Assembly (NCBI GenBank): GCA_964016885.1
Contig: OZ024740.1
Coordinates: 60,884,001-60,948,000, forward strand
Reading direction: 5' to 3'
DNA length: 64,000 nucleotides
DNA from: Eledone cirrhosa
Taxonomy: Eukaryota
Shown: positions 49,801 through 62,359 of the stretch, in pieces
Layout of the letters: each line of letters begins with the position of its first letter
How positions within the stretch are numbered: position 1 is the stretch's first letter
Translations under genes and position numbers: made by a program
Notes under the pieces: model-generated
Told to the model about the DNA's origin: nothing
Database searches by the model: none
Seen by the model: the letters and a program-made list of their open reading frames with translations, nothing else

Positions 49801-52350
49801 CGAGATGGTTAAAGTGTTCCGTGCATTTTATGATGCGCATTTCAAAAACAAATATCAGCATGCAATAATATTTGTGTTTTCATCGGGTAAAACAGGACAT
49901 GATATGAAGGTTAAAAAACACTTGTGGATAGTTCAGTTTTAAATCAACATGAGAAGTAGTTTTAGATTGATGTGTGATATTGGGAAAAATATTTTATTTA
50001 GAGGAGGGTGGGGTGGAAAGGATGAAAAAAAGATGAGAGGGAGGGGTATAATGAGGAAGGTTGGGATAGGAGGAGAGATGGGTGATAGAGAGAGAGAGAG
50101 ATAGCTTTTATAACTGAGAAAGATATTGTTTTACATAGAGAGGTTGAAAACTGTTGGAAGATAATGTATAAATTAAAAGAATTTGAAAATTAACGAAGAG
50201 AAAAATAATGTAAGGTTAAGGTTTGTATATTGAGGGGTTTGATAATATGTGCGAGGAAAAAAAAAGAGTTAATATATGTATTGAGAATAATGAGTTAGAT
50301 GATAGGGAGAAAAGAATAATGAATTGAGGATGAATAATCTGACGTCAAAAAAAATGTGTATGTTTACGAAAGATTTTTACAAGTGATATAGAGTAAGAAT
50401 GTGTTGTATTATGTAATAATTGATTCTATGTTAGGCAAGAGTGAGAAAAGGTACAGATTAGGGGTTAGATATTAGAAGAGAAGAAAAGGAAGTGATAAAT
50501 ATGGGTGATGTAGAAAGAGTAAACAAGTATTATAGAATTTGAAAATTAACGAAGAGAAACATAATGTAAAGTTAGGGTTTGTATATTGAAGGATTTGATA
50601 ATATGTGCGAAGAAAATGTTAAAATGTATTGAGAATAATGAGTTAGATGATAGGGAGAAAAGAATAATGAATTGAGGATGAATAATCTAGCGTCAAAAAA
50701 ATGTGTATATGTTTACGAAGGATTTTTACAAGGTGATATAGAGTAAGAGTAATGAGTAAACAAGTATTATAGAATGTATAATAACCTTTGAAATAAGGTA
50801 GAAAGATGGGTATATTTTTAAAAGAAGTGTATATATATGTGCCTTTGAGAAAAAGATTCTAAATTGATAAAGAATTGAATATTAGCTGTATACTTTGTGA
50901 AATGTTTTATAGAATTTATGCAACAAGTCAGTGCGTCTATTTATTATAGAATCTAGATTAGAGATAATGGTAAATTTTTCATTTAGACAGAGATTGCAAA
51001 TTTTAGATAGAGAACTGTTCAAGTATGGAGACGCAGAAGAAACCTTCTTCCAAAAGATGCTATATTTAATGTTTTTGTCTTTCAAGGACCATATGAGTTC
51101 TGAGAGAGCCGTGTTGGTTCTTTTAAGTTTGTATTTAAAAGATGGTTATAAAGACGAACTTTAAAAGAGGTGGAAGTGGAGCCAAAATAGGTGAAGGAAT
51201 TGGTGTCAGTTATAACTTTACATTCGTAAATTAAGTTTTTATCAAGACAGTGGTTGTTGAGAGGACATTTATTTTTAATAGAGCAATTGCAATTAGAGAT
51301 ATTATTAATGAGTGACCTAGTGTTATCTATAGAAGGAATTGGATTGGAGAAGTTGTTTGCGATAGGAATAATAGTTTTTTGCTTTAGAATGGGATTATGA
51401 ACATTTAGCGAAGTTGTGTTTGACGTTGTATTTGGGTTTGTAGAAATTAGCCTAGGGTTTACAATGACGTCGGGAGTACTATTATTATGAAATTCAGTGT
51501 TGGAAGGAAGAGATTTAGTATTTAGTATTTTATTGTTGTGTTTAGAGATAATGTTGGAAATGTTGGAGGATGTAGAATAAGAAAATTTGATGGTGTGTTT
51601 GTTAAATATTTTACTATAGATATGTGAGGGAGGGAAGCATTTATTTAAGGCACTAAAGAATAATTTAGGAATATTGTTATTAATAGAGATGGAGAAAGGA
51701 GCATTATACCAGATTATGTTTTTGTATCTAAGTCTTTTATTAAAGTTATTGGAATGATCATGATTAATTATTCTACTGTAATTTCTTCTAGAATTTGTTT
51801 CTTTACTATATTTGATTTTATCAGGATAGCCGGCTTTAGAAAGCGCGTTATTATAGTAATTGGCGTTAGCATCAAAGATGTTTTTATTAGAAGATATGTT
51901 AGATATTCTTTTTCCAATATTACGAACTATAGCATTCTTGATATTAGTAGGATGGTTAGATTTAAAGTTAACATAATTTAGGTTCTCATTGTTTTTATGG
52001 TAAGGGTAATATAGGCCAGTGTCAAGATTAAGAGATACATCCAAGAAATTAGCTAGTTTGATACTGTTATCAAATTCAATTTTTAGGTTATGTTGGTTAA
52101 AGAGATTACGTATATTGTTCTTAATAATATTAAGGTTAACTATATTGCAATTTAAGATAGTAAAGAGTCCATCGTCACGATAAATTCCACCGCGAAGTTG
52201 AGGAATTTTCCGACTCAGAGTTCAAAATAAAGATACCAATTAAATCAGTCAATTGGGATGAATCGGTGCTCCCATTGTGATGTCGAAGTTGTTAGAGGCA
52301 TCGGCTCTGGTCCAATATTCGTTGTTGAACTCTAGGATGGTTTTACGTAA
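49801..52350 (-). mobile_element. Penelope-like element (RT, Cys linker, GIY-YIG), 5'-truncated; coding remnants at 50882-52345
   Basis: Motifs include FDITMGA, GGIYRDDG (~52170-52190), FLDVSLNL..SNHP, IIWYNAPFS, CNC..CPL...C, LIY...YFGST..FK.R..NH and CNLCLNEK. The long 3' UTR contains a ~220-bp duplication. Confidence 0.9.
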
Positions 52351-52475
52351 AATACATGGAACTCTTTTAACCATCTTTTGTTCTTATATATTATGTATAC
52401 TCCAGTCCTACAAACTGTAGAGTGCTTCTTATCCGATATCTGCATTGCTTTATTGTACTACAATAAAACTCACCT

Positions 52476-52518
<43 letters not shown>

Positions 52519-52521
52519 CTA

Positions 52522-52710
52522 TGGTGGAATGGCAGTATCGGTAGAGGGTCGGACCCCATGCTTTGATGCATAGTTACGGCTCTTGCCATTCTGAGTTCAA
52601 ATCCCGCTGAAGTTAACTTTGCCTTTCATCCTTACGGGGGTCGATAAAATAAAGTACCAGTAATGCATTGGGTAATTGCTGGTCTTTTGCCAAAAGGCAG
52701 AAACAATTAT
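52522..52710 (+). mobile_element. SINE (3543 family) within a (TA)n tract
   Basis: Head, B-box, core and tail all match the copy at 3543. Confidence 0.8.
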
Positions 52711-53588
52711 ATATATTATATTATATTATATTATATATATATAGTTTGATGAAGTTATCCATTTACAATACATCTAGCTCAGCTGGTATCAACTCACTCG
52801 AATTTACAAAAACTGTTGTAAATACGAATTTGTAACCCAGAGTGGACATTATACATTGATTAGTAAATAAACTGCTTAGCATGGGTTCAATTAAGAGACA
52901 AGAACGGTACTGTTTCAATGTCACCTCCTGTACACAATTGCATCAGCAAATGTTACTCACAGAAGTCATGCAATATTTCCAAATATTACATAACTAGGAT
53001 AACTAGCATATCAGTGGGAATTTAGTTATAATTAAAATGTGAGATTTTTATCCGAGCGACTGTCAGTTGAGCTGATACCCACAGTGATAAAGTGTGTATG
53101 TGTGTATGTGTGTGTGTACGCGCACACCTCTCTCTCAAAAAACAACAGAAGGCCAAACTGGAAACCTCATTTTGGTTCCGTGAAAACACTATATTTATTT
53201 CAATGGATCAGCTTCATCATCCGGTGTTAATTGCAGAATTAGTTATATAAGAAAACAGGATTTTGGCAAATGGAAACAGAAAATAGAGAGGCTGATTTTG
53301 ATTCGAGGATGGCTCTCCAATTCCGTGTTGTAACAGCAGCTCATCGTTGTATGTCACACAAGCCAGGCATTATGGGTTAGTAGGCGTGCTGGATGACGGC
53401 ACAACTTCTAGTAGTGCTGATCTAACATACTGTACATTATAGAAAATTATGTAAGTTAAAATAAAAAGTTTAATATTTATTTTATATTTACTTCAGTAAA
53501 ATATTGACTCGTATGAAATATGAGTCAAGTAAGAAATACATTTGTATTGTGGAAGAAGAGTATAATTGTTTCTTTTGTAACATTCCAG

Positions 53589-53649
53589 GTTATGGTCAGA
53601 TGTTTTGCAGAAAAACTTCCTGTTTGGACTATCTTCTTACCTTGTTCAG
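53589..53649 (+). CDS. TERB1: TERB1-like exon: SYGQMFCRKTSCLDYLLTLF(R)
   Basis: TTCCAG acceptor, GTATAT donor, 61 nt, phase 1-2. It resembles RTGQTLVRETGCITVLSRLFR. Confidence 0.82.
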
Positions 53650-54629
53650 GTATATTTTAATAATTTACTTATTTTTACAGGGACATGAACATACTTTGTA
53701 CATGATATTTTCCCTAAAAACTTAATATATTTGCAATATTCTTTCCTATACTCTGCATTGAAATAGTTATGAAAGTATCTTCTAGTCTCATGTACCTGTA
53801 TTGTGGTGTGGTAAATATATACATACATATACACCAGGTCCAAACACAATCAATCAAACTCCCACTGTCACTACCTCCGTCTCCAGCTCTCCCCAACTCT
53901 CACTATTATAAGCAAATGGGGGCCCACGTGCTGGCTGCCCCAGCTGACAGAATAGAGAAGGTATTTCCTCGGAAGATGGTGAGGGAGATTCGCTGGAAGA
54001 ACCAACCATTCCAGCTCATGAGGCTCACACCTGCGGGTAGCCAACCATGTGCCAATGGTGGTGAGTAGGAAGGTGGTCCTAGGACCGAGGATACCAAAAG
54101 TCTCCTATACTTATTTTGTAATATCAGCTTTCATCATTTACGACATAAAAGTAATTTGGTTACTTCAAAAAAGACGTGATATAAAATTAGTAAGAGTGGA
54201 ATATCAGCTTATCTATCTCTATTGAACACTATTTTAATTGATGGATACTAATATACCTATTTCACTACTGCAATCAGGTAGTTTTAACCTATTTAGACTG
54301 TGATCACTACTCATGTTGTCATCAGGTTTATATACACACTTTTCCATGTTGGCATGGGTTGAACAGGACTTTTGCTGTAATGTTTTATAACCAGATGCTG
54401 TTCTTAATACCAACCCTTACAAATTGCTGGATATACAGTGAGCCCAAAACTATAACCAAAATTACATTCCTAATTAGGAGAAAAGTAATTATCTTTAATG
54501 ATTAATTTTGGTCAAGAAAATTGAAAAATCCAAATTAAGATTGAATAGGTGCATATAATGTTTTTTTTTTTCTTTCCATATAGACTTTTTTTTAATATAC
54601 CAGATTTTAAATTGAGAAATTTGTCATTT

Positions 54630-55220
54630 TACATCTGTTTTTCCATGCTGACATGGGTTAGACGGGTCATTTCCAACACGGCTTCCCTACACTCACAGCA
54701 TTCCTTCATCTCCTGTGTGAGGTTCAATGTTTTGAGGTCAGCTCTAATCACCTCTGCCCAGGTTTTTCTTGGTCTTCCTCTACTTCAGCTGTCTCTGATA
54801 GGTATCACTTGGCATGTCTTCACTCTGTTCTTCATCCATATGCATCACATGTCTAAACGAGCACAGTCTTTTCCCTTGCTCACTACACCTGATAGTTCTT
54901 AAACCCAGCTTTTCTGTTTACTAATGTCCTCTTCATGCACGCTAAGATTGAACATGCAAGAGGGCCTCCCGATATCCTCTGCATTTACCATTCATGACTC
55001 ATAGCTATGCAACATCACACTTACACAGGCATCACTGTCTACCCTTCACTCTGACAAAGAAGCCCATTGATGTCCATTTATCCATAAATCCATTTGTTAA
55101 CAAAGGTAGCAGTTCCCCAAACTTTTCTGTGTTTGTTCTTATTCTAGCTACCATGCTTTCAGAGCGAGCCCTCCTCCATTGCTAATTAAGTCACCTAAGT
55201 AACATATCACCTACTTCTAT
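54630..55220 (-). mobile_element. Old RTE 3' fragment
   Basis: The reverse strand gives YLGDLIS, ARIRT and GRPRKTWAEVIRADL, followed by the shared CATGCTAGCATGGAAA-type tail. Confidence 0.65.
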
Positions 55221-55270
55221 GGTATCTAATTTTTATGGCAATCCAACACTGTTACATTTATTGGCATTAA

Positions 55271-55489
55271 CCCTTTAACATTTAAACCGGCTGTATTTGG
55301 CCAGAATTCTCTCACCTCTCTTTCTGTTCAAACTGGCTGTAACTGGCCACTTATACTAATGTTAAGGTAGTGTTCTCAAAATAACATCAAAATCTCATAG
55401 ATTCAATATTATGTGAGATATTTATGAAGTAAAACCTTTACTGCAAAAATACAATAGTATATATATAGAGTAATGTAAATGCTAAAGGG
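55271..55489. mobile_element. Complete TTAA-flanked (piggyBac-like) MITE
   Basis: TTAA|CCCTTTAACATTTA ... TAAATGCTAAAGGG|TTAA. Confidence 0.85.
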
Positions 55490-57141
55490 TTAAATTAAAA
55501 ACAATACTTGCTTCTAAAAAGAAAAATCATATATTTTCTAATTGTGAACACTAAGTAAGTACAACAATATTTATCTGTGGCTACTTGTGTGCAATATTGC
55601 TAAACTATTAAAAAAAAACAAAACATTTTCTTAAAAGCCAAGAAATATTTCAAATATATTCACATAACACCCTTTCAGCATGGAAGAATTTTGAAGTTCT
55701 TAAAATTATTTCATTACAAAGCTAGTAACGTAACATAAACTTTGAAGATTTTAATTTAAATTGGAATCCTTTAAAATGGGTGGTTTTTGTTTTATAAAAC
55801 CAGAGCCAGTTTGGAACAGGTTGATATCAAACAGGTTAACTATACCAATTGTGATCCTCTACATCTCATCCACCACTTGTTTCATTTCATAATCACATTT
55901 TTCTATAAAAAAAAAAAAAAACTGATTTTGTTAGATATCAGTTTCTATTAAAGTTATCTGGTGTTATAATTTGCAACGATTCTTGGATTATTTAGGTGTT
56001 TTTAAAGCTTGTGCCATAAAACTTAAGTATTTTCAAGTTGACTGTACAAGTATAAAATGGAATTATTGTTGAACTAAGAGTTCTTCAAATGATCCATAAA
56101 TTGATCGAAATTTTCTTAAAAGGATTAATTCTGTATTTAACTTTAAATATGCATGAATGAATAAAATTCATTTTAGTGTAATCTTTATCCTCATCAAAAT
56201 TTAAATGTCTGGAATATAATTCAAAATTAGAGCCATTACATGTTGTTCTTAAAGTTCTTGTTTATTGATTTAAATGAAATATATACAAAATTGTGTTTGT
56301 GATAGGTGATTCATGATAAGTATTAAAAACTTATAGAATTTAGACTGTAATATCTATAAAATTAAACTGGGAAGATTTTTTTTCTGTTTTTTTTTTTCCA
56401 GTTTAAATGTTAAAAATTGATTTTTCAAAACATCTATGAGATGGCATCAGCACTACCACCTTACAAAGTGGACTGGGTGCTTTTTATCATGTCACCAGCA
56501 CTACCACTTTACAGAATGGACTGGTTGCATTTTATTGTGGTACCACACCACCACCACCACCACCACCATCATCATCTTCACCATTTAACATCTATTTTCC
56601 ATGCTTGCATCGGTTATGTGTCGTCACATTATGAGGATAGCCAGGTCAGGTTAGATGACCATGTCATGATTATACAGATCTGTTTTTGGCTAGGTTTCTG
56701 TGGCTAGATGCTTCCTACTGCCAAACACATTTACTGCATGCAATGGGAGCTTTTTCCGTGGCACCACCACCACTTTACAGAGTGGACCGGATGTATTTTA
56801 TTGTGGCACCAGCACCATATACGTAGATAATCCCATGATTGGTAGAAGGTAGTGTTATGTGTGATAGCTTTGGGAAATAAAATCGGTTCTTGTGACTGGA
56901 TTTGTAAACCTCAATGTGCTTATAGTTTCTATCAAGTCACAATAAACTGAAGTGCTTATTAGTTTCAGTATCTACTATCTGAGATAGCAAATATTCTCAA
57001 CAGACAGTGGTCTTGGTAAATTAATTATTTAATACTATTTGCTTAACCTCACACTTATACTTCTAATTTCTAAATCATAGAACACCTAAAGAAAGAATTA
57101 AATTAAATTACTAATTGGGGATTTTTACTTTCCTTCCACAG

Positions 57142-57263
57142 ATCATTGACTGAGAACAAAGCAGGATCAAGAGACATTTTGGAAAATGCTGGTGTAAAGA
57201 ATGTAGATCTACTTTTTAGTACCTGCAATGCAATATGTACTTCTGTGAATAATCCTCGAAACA
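57142..57263 (+). CDS. TERB1: TERB1-like exon: RSLTENKAGSRDILENAGVKNVDLLFSTCNAICTSVNNPRN
   Basis: CCACAG acceptor, GTGAGT donor, 122 nt, phase 2-1. C.A.C.SVNNPRN matches TERB1 CSTLCVCVNNPQN. Confidence 0.88.
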
Positions 57264-57483
57264 GTGAGTTATACATTGCCAAATAAGCTATATATATATC
57301 GTTTTGAGTACATATTCTTCTCTGTACTACTTAGTATATATACAATATACTGTCTTTGGATATATGGCTCTCTCTCTCTCTCTGTGTTCTACATTTGACT
57401 TATTGCTCTGGATAATGTCTATTGAGCTTCTTTGACAAGTACATAATTCTAACATTTAATGTTACATGTGTGTGTGTGTGGAT

Positions 57484-58535
57484 ATACATATATGAATAAA
57501 ATTAGTCCCTCATCAGTGATCTTCCAGTCTTCATTGGTATTTCATCGCTTTAAAGATCATATACCTCTGGTTGGTTCGAGCAACGGCTAAAGAAAGTCGT
57601 TGGGACACGTAAAATAGGGTGGAACGAGTGAGACAGTAAACAAACAAAGATGGTAATGCAGAAAAGTGAGGAAGGAGTCGAGTCCCTGAAATCGATGAAC
57701 TTAGGTTCTGTGAAATCATAGACGAGAGATAAAGACCATCCGATCTGGGTGAAATGTGAGCGAGAAAAGGATTTCACACAGGTCAAACGTGAGGGAGAGG
57801 GAGTAGCAGAGAGTGAGTGAGTGAAAGTGTGAGGAAGAGGCCAGCTGAGAGAGTAACTGGCAGAGGGGGTAAAAGGAAGTAAGAGATACAGAGAAAGGGG
57901 AAGCAGTAAGAAAGAAACAGACGGGTCACAGCGGAGGAAAAAATATAAATATATGAAAAAATTGCGTGCTGCGTGGTTGCAAATGGGTTACATATGAATA
58001 AAATTAGTCCCTCATCAATGATCTTCCAGCCTTCATTGGTATTTCATCGCTTTAAAGATCATATACCTCTGGTTAGTGTGAGCAATAACTAAATAAAGTT
58101 ATTGGGACAAGTAAAATAGCGTGAAGCGAGCAAGACATGTAAACAAACAAAGATGGTATTGCAACGGAAAGATAGAGACAAATACATGATATCTGTAAGC
58201 TTGGTGTGAAATCCTTTTCTCGCTCACATTTCAACCAGGTTGGATGGTCTTTATCTCTCGTCTACGATTTCACAGAACTTAAGTTCATCGATTTCAGGGA
58301 CTTGACTCCTTCTTCCTCACTTTTCGTTGCATTACCATCTTTGTTTGTTTACATGTCTTGCTCGTTTCACCCTATTTTACGTGTCCCAACGATTTTCTTT
58401 AGCCATTGCTTGCACCAACCAGAGGTATATTATCTTTAAAGCGATGAAATACCAATAAAGGCTGGAAGATCATTGATGAGGGACTAATTTTATTCATATG
58501 TAACCATTTGCAACCACGCAACATGCCATTTTTTC

Positions 58536-58540
<5 letters not shown>
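57484..58540. repeat. Tandem-plus-inverted ~505-bp unit (Penelope pseudo-LTR-like architecture)
   Basis: The unit is 57484-57987, with a partial direct copy at 57988-58170 and an inverted copy at 58205-58540. It is flanked by (TG)n and (TA)n. Confidence 0.85.
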
Positions 58541-58574
<34 letters not shown>

Positions 58575-60354
58575 CACACATATACACACACATCAGTAAA
58601 TTTATCACCAATATACATATTTCAATGAAAAGATTGCTACATTAATTCAGAGAAGCATAGAACATCTTATACAAAATCACTGATGGGTAGATCCCAGCAA
58701 AGTAATCTAAAACTGCACAGACATCTTTCCCTAAGGATATGACTTAGTTAAGCTACTTAAAGCTAGTAGACTTCATAATGTCCCCTTACTGCAGTTTCCA
58801 GAACCAATAAACAGTACTGACCATCCCAATATATTAAGACAATCCATCCTGCCAGAAAATCTTTTCATTAGAGGGATTCTTTAAGGCAGGGGTGGGAAAA
58901 CTAATTTATTTTGTCATCTGCCCAATCAATCATTCTTCATCATTCATGTCCACTTTTTTCCCATGCTTGTAGGAGATGAGGTGTTTGTAGCAGGTTTTTT
59001 ATGGCCATGTCAACACATGCTTTATTTTTTAACCCTTTTGATACTAACCCACCTGAAACTGGCCTGGGTGCTATGATAAAAAAAGTACCCATTTTCAAAT
59101 GTTCATATTTTCATGTAAGATGTTAGGCTTCATTTTAGTCAGTCATGCATTAGGAATTGGTAAGAAAATGATTCATCATCATCACCGTTTTACGTCCGTT
59201 CTTCCACGCTAGCATGGGTTAGACGGGTTGTCCTGTTGTGAGCAGTGTCTAGTCGGCTGACCATGCCTTGCTCATACAGGAACTGATTTTGGCTTGATTT
59301 CTACAGCTGGATGCCCTTCCTAACACCAACCTCATTTACAGTGAGTGCTGGGTGCTTTTTCCGTGGCGCCTACACGTCCACTTTACAGTGAGGGCTGGGT
59401 GCTTTTTTGCCATGGCACCTCCACGACCACCTTGCAGTGGGAGGGTGTGGGGGCATATTGTCTATATGCTTCAGCTTGTACCCATGGGAGGTCGGGTACT
59501 CTATATTACTACGTGATTAAATAAGGTATATGCCACCAAATGTTTCTCTCTCTCGTCTTTTATTCCTTTACTGACATACACCTATATAATTTATATAAAA
59601 TGAACCAGTTATAGTTTGTTGTTTTTTAATTTTTTATTATTTTGTCTAGTATTTAATATCATACCCTTAGAATAAGGACCTCTAAGGCAAGTGCGAGTTA
59701 AAATATAAAAATTTATAACAGTGTATCCAGTTGGGAAAAAAAAAAAACCCATGCCGATATCGTGTCCAACTCATCTCAGAATATAGGGACCAATTACATA
59801 CACTGGGCTAACACTACCCATGTTGGTGCCATACAAAGTAGTGGAGTGGCTAACATAGTCTTATGCAAGTACCCCTCAACTGTCATCGAACAATTACACA
59901 TTCATTTCTGGGTACAGAAAGCTTCCATAATTTCAAAAGTTAAATTGAAAATCTACTAATTATATCTTTTTATTGTTAACTTAAATTTAAAACACAAAGT
60001 TAAATTTGATGAAGCAATGCGGAACTAGGTTTAAAAGAGTGTTTCTTAAAACAATTATATTACAACATTCTACTATTTTAAGAATTATTTGATTATATCT
60101 ATTTTAAAATACTAAATTTTATTAGCAAAGATTCTATTTAGATATTGAATTAAATGTAAACATTTTTAATTAAACTTTTGAAACTTTTTTACATTTAATA
60201 TTATTGTTTAATATTTTATGAAACCTGTCGTCAACCATGGGATGCAATAAAATACACATTTATTGATATTTTCCATTTCAGAATCATATTTGTCATTTTT
60301 CTGATTTCATTTACTCATGTTTTTATATTTCTTTATATTTTAATCTTTTTATAG

Positions 60355-60480
60355 CGGAAAACCAAGAGTATTGTGCAGAATCTATTCTAAATTTGTGTTT
60401 GTTATTCATCAAACGATGTCACCATCTGTTAGCTGTACAAAGTGTCTTAAAACTCATTGCTGTACTTATTGCTTCTAACG
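60355..60480 (+). CDS. TERB1: TERB1-like exon: TENQEYCAESILNLCLLFIKRCHHLLAVQSVLKLIAVLIASN
   Basis: TTTATAG acceptor, GTAAGT donor, 126 nt, phase 1-1. ENQ..C matches TERB1 DENQMFCC. Confidence 0.85.
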
Positions 60481-61534
60481 GTAAGTAAAAACATTTATCT
60501 ACCAAAAGTATATTTTAATATTTATAATTGCATCATATATTTTGCCTTCAGAATTTTACTTTATCTTTAATCTGTTAAATAAATGTATTTCTTTGCTTAA
60601 TATTAAATAGAAGTAGTAATAGTAGTAGTAGCTATTAATAGCTGTTCAATCTAATATATGTTTCTTGATTTAAGATAAACAATATTAGTTGGTTCTTTTG
60701 TTTTCATTTTTCTTGATCTAAAAATGAAATTATTTATTAGATGACTTGCTACGTTATAATTTGTGCTGGAGGTGTTTCTAATTCTAAGCATTAAATTACT
60801 GGTGTGTGTACAAATATATAATTTTTATGAACTCCTGAGGAAAATGGTGAATGCTGCAAAAGTTAATATTAACATACTGTAGCAAAAAAAAGACTAAAAA
60901 AAGTTAGTTAATTCAAATGTTTATTGTAGCTTTACTAGTAGTTATCATTGCGAACATTTGCAGTATTATTTTTAAATTTGATGCAGTCAGTGCTGCTTTG
61001 TACTTTATAAGAATGTCTTGCTAACGTGATTTAGCCACCATGGCTCATGCCATCCATGCTGGAGCACCACTTGCTATATAAGTAAAAAATATTTTATTTC
61101 AGTGTAAATAATTGTGATTGTGAATAGTCAAATATATTTGAATATAGTTCCTAGTTAGTATCATTATCCTGATTACTTTTTTTTCTTCTTTTTGGCTCCT
61201 TCAGTAATTCTCGAGTTTTAAGCTTTTTTGCCCACTTACTCCTGAGAGGGTCATGGGGGCAGAGTCCTCAGACACACCTTCCAGCGGGTCATATCAGAAG
61301 CAAGCTGATGTGGCTGGATCCCCAAATAAAACCAGCCAAGCTTATAGATGTTATCCAATCATCTTGCTCGGTATCTACCCCTGAGTCTCCTGCCACTTGG
61401 TTTGCCCATAAAATCTGTCCAGTGATTCTTTCCTTGAGACATTCTAACCATAACAAAGCATATGAACAGGACCTAATCACCTGAAGCATACAACAGCTTC
61501 TCTAACCCATGCAAGCATTGAAAATAGACATTAA

Positions 61535-61944
61535 CCCTTTAATGTTCAAACCAGTCAAAACCGGCCAGAATTCTTTATCTTTTTCTGTTGAAACTGGCTG
61601 TAACTGGTCACTCAAACTGATGTTAAGGCATTGTTCTCAAAATAAATACTTTCAAAATCTCATAGATTCAATATTATGCGAGATAACGCATTTACTATGA
61701 AAATATAATAGTAGATATAAAGTAATTGTTTCTACTTTAGGCACAAGGCCAGCAACTACACAGTGCCTTACTGGTACTTTATTTTATCGACCCCGTAAGG
61801 ATGAAAGGCAAAGTCAACCTCGGCGGGATTTGAACTCAGATCGTAAAGGGACGTAACTATGCTGGAAAGCATGGCGTCCGACCCTCTACCGATACTACCA
61901 ATCCACCGCCCTAGTATATATAAAGTAATGTGAATGCCAAAGGG
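61535..61944. mobile_element. Complete TTAA MITE carrying a nested minus-strand SINE (61723-61911)
   Basis: The ends are TTAA|CCCTTTAATG and GCCAAAGGG|TTAA. The SINE is flanked by TAGTAGATATAAAGTAAT and TAGTATATATAAAGTAAT. Confidence 0.85.
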
Positions 61945-62093
61945 TTAAACGGTGGTGACACATGCACGCACACACACTTCAAACATATATGGCCATGTGT
62001 TTGTTCTAGCCCACTGAGTGACATCTTGGGCAAGTGTTTCTATAACTGATTCCCATCTGTTGTATGGACTGTGAATCGAACTCACAACCTCAT

Positions 62094-62334
62094 TGTTGTA
62101 TGGACTGTTAAATTCGATTTGTTCAATTTACACGTGCTCACACATTTGCATATGAATCACGTGACCTGGGCAGTCAGTCAGCGTTGGTATTAAAAACTCA
62201 GTCACAGACTGCTACTGACTTACTTTGTTATTCTGCTACTGCGAGGAGGGGCGTTTTGGTTGTTTCGCAAATTACACAAATTATTTGATATAACTCGTTG
62301 TGTTTTCTCTGCGAGTACCGAGAGGAATAGAACA
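62094..62334 (+). mobile_element. Probable 5' LTR of an LTR retrotransposon
   Basis: It has TGTT...AACA inverted termini and a TATA-like TATTAAAA at ~62188, followed 6 nt later by a PBS-like sequence. An alternative start lies at 62058, because TGTTGTATGGACTGT is duplicated. Confidence 0.6.
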
Positions 62335-62340
62335 GTTTAT

Positions 62341-62359
62341 TGGCGTCGACGATAGGATT
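62341..62359 (+). promoter_or_regulatory. tRNA primer-binding site, TGGCGTCGACGATAGGATT
   Basis: TGG is the complement of CCA, and GGATT is the complement of the T-arm AATCC. The layout matches the tRNA-Ser-type PBSs (TGGCG........GGATT) of animal LTR elements. Confidence 0.6.
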
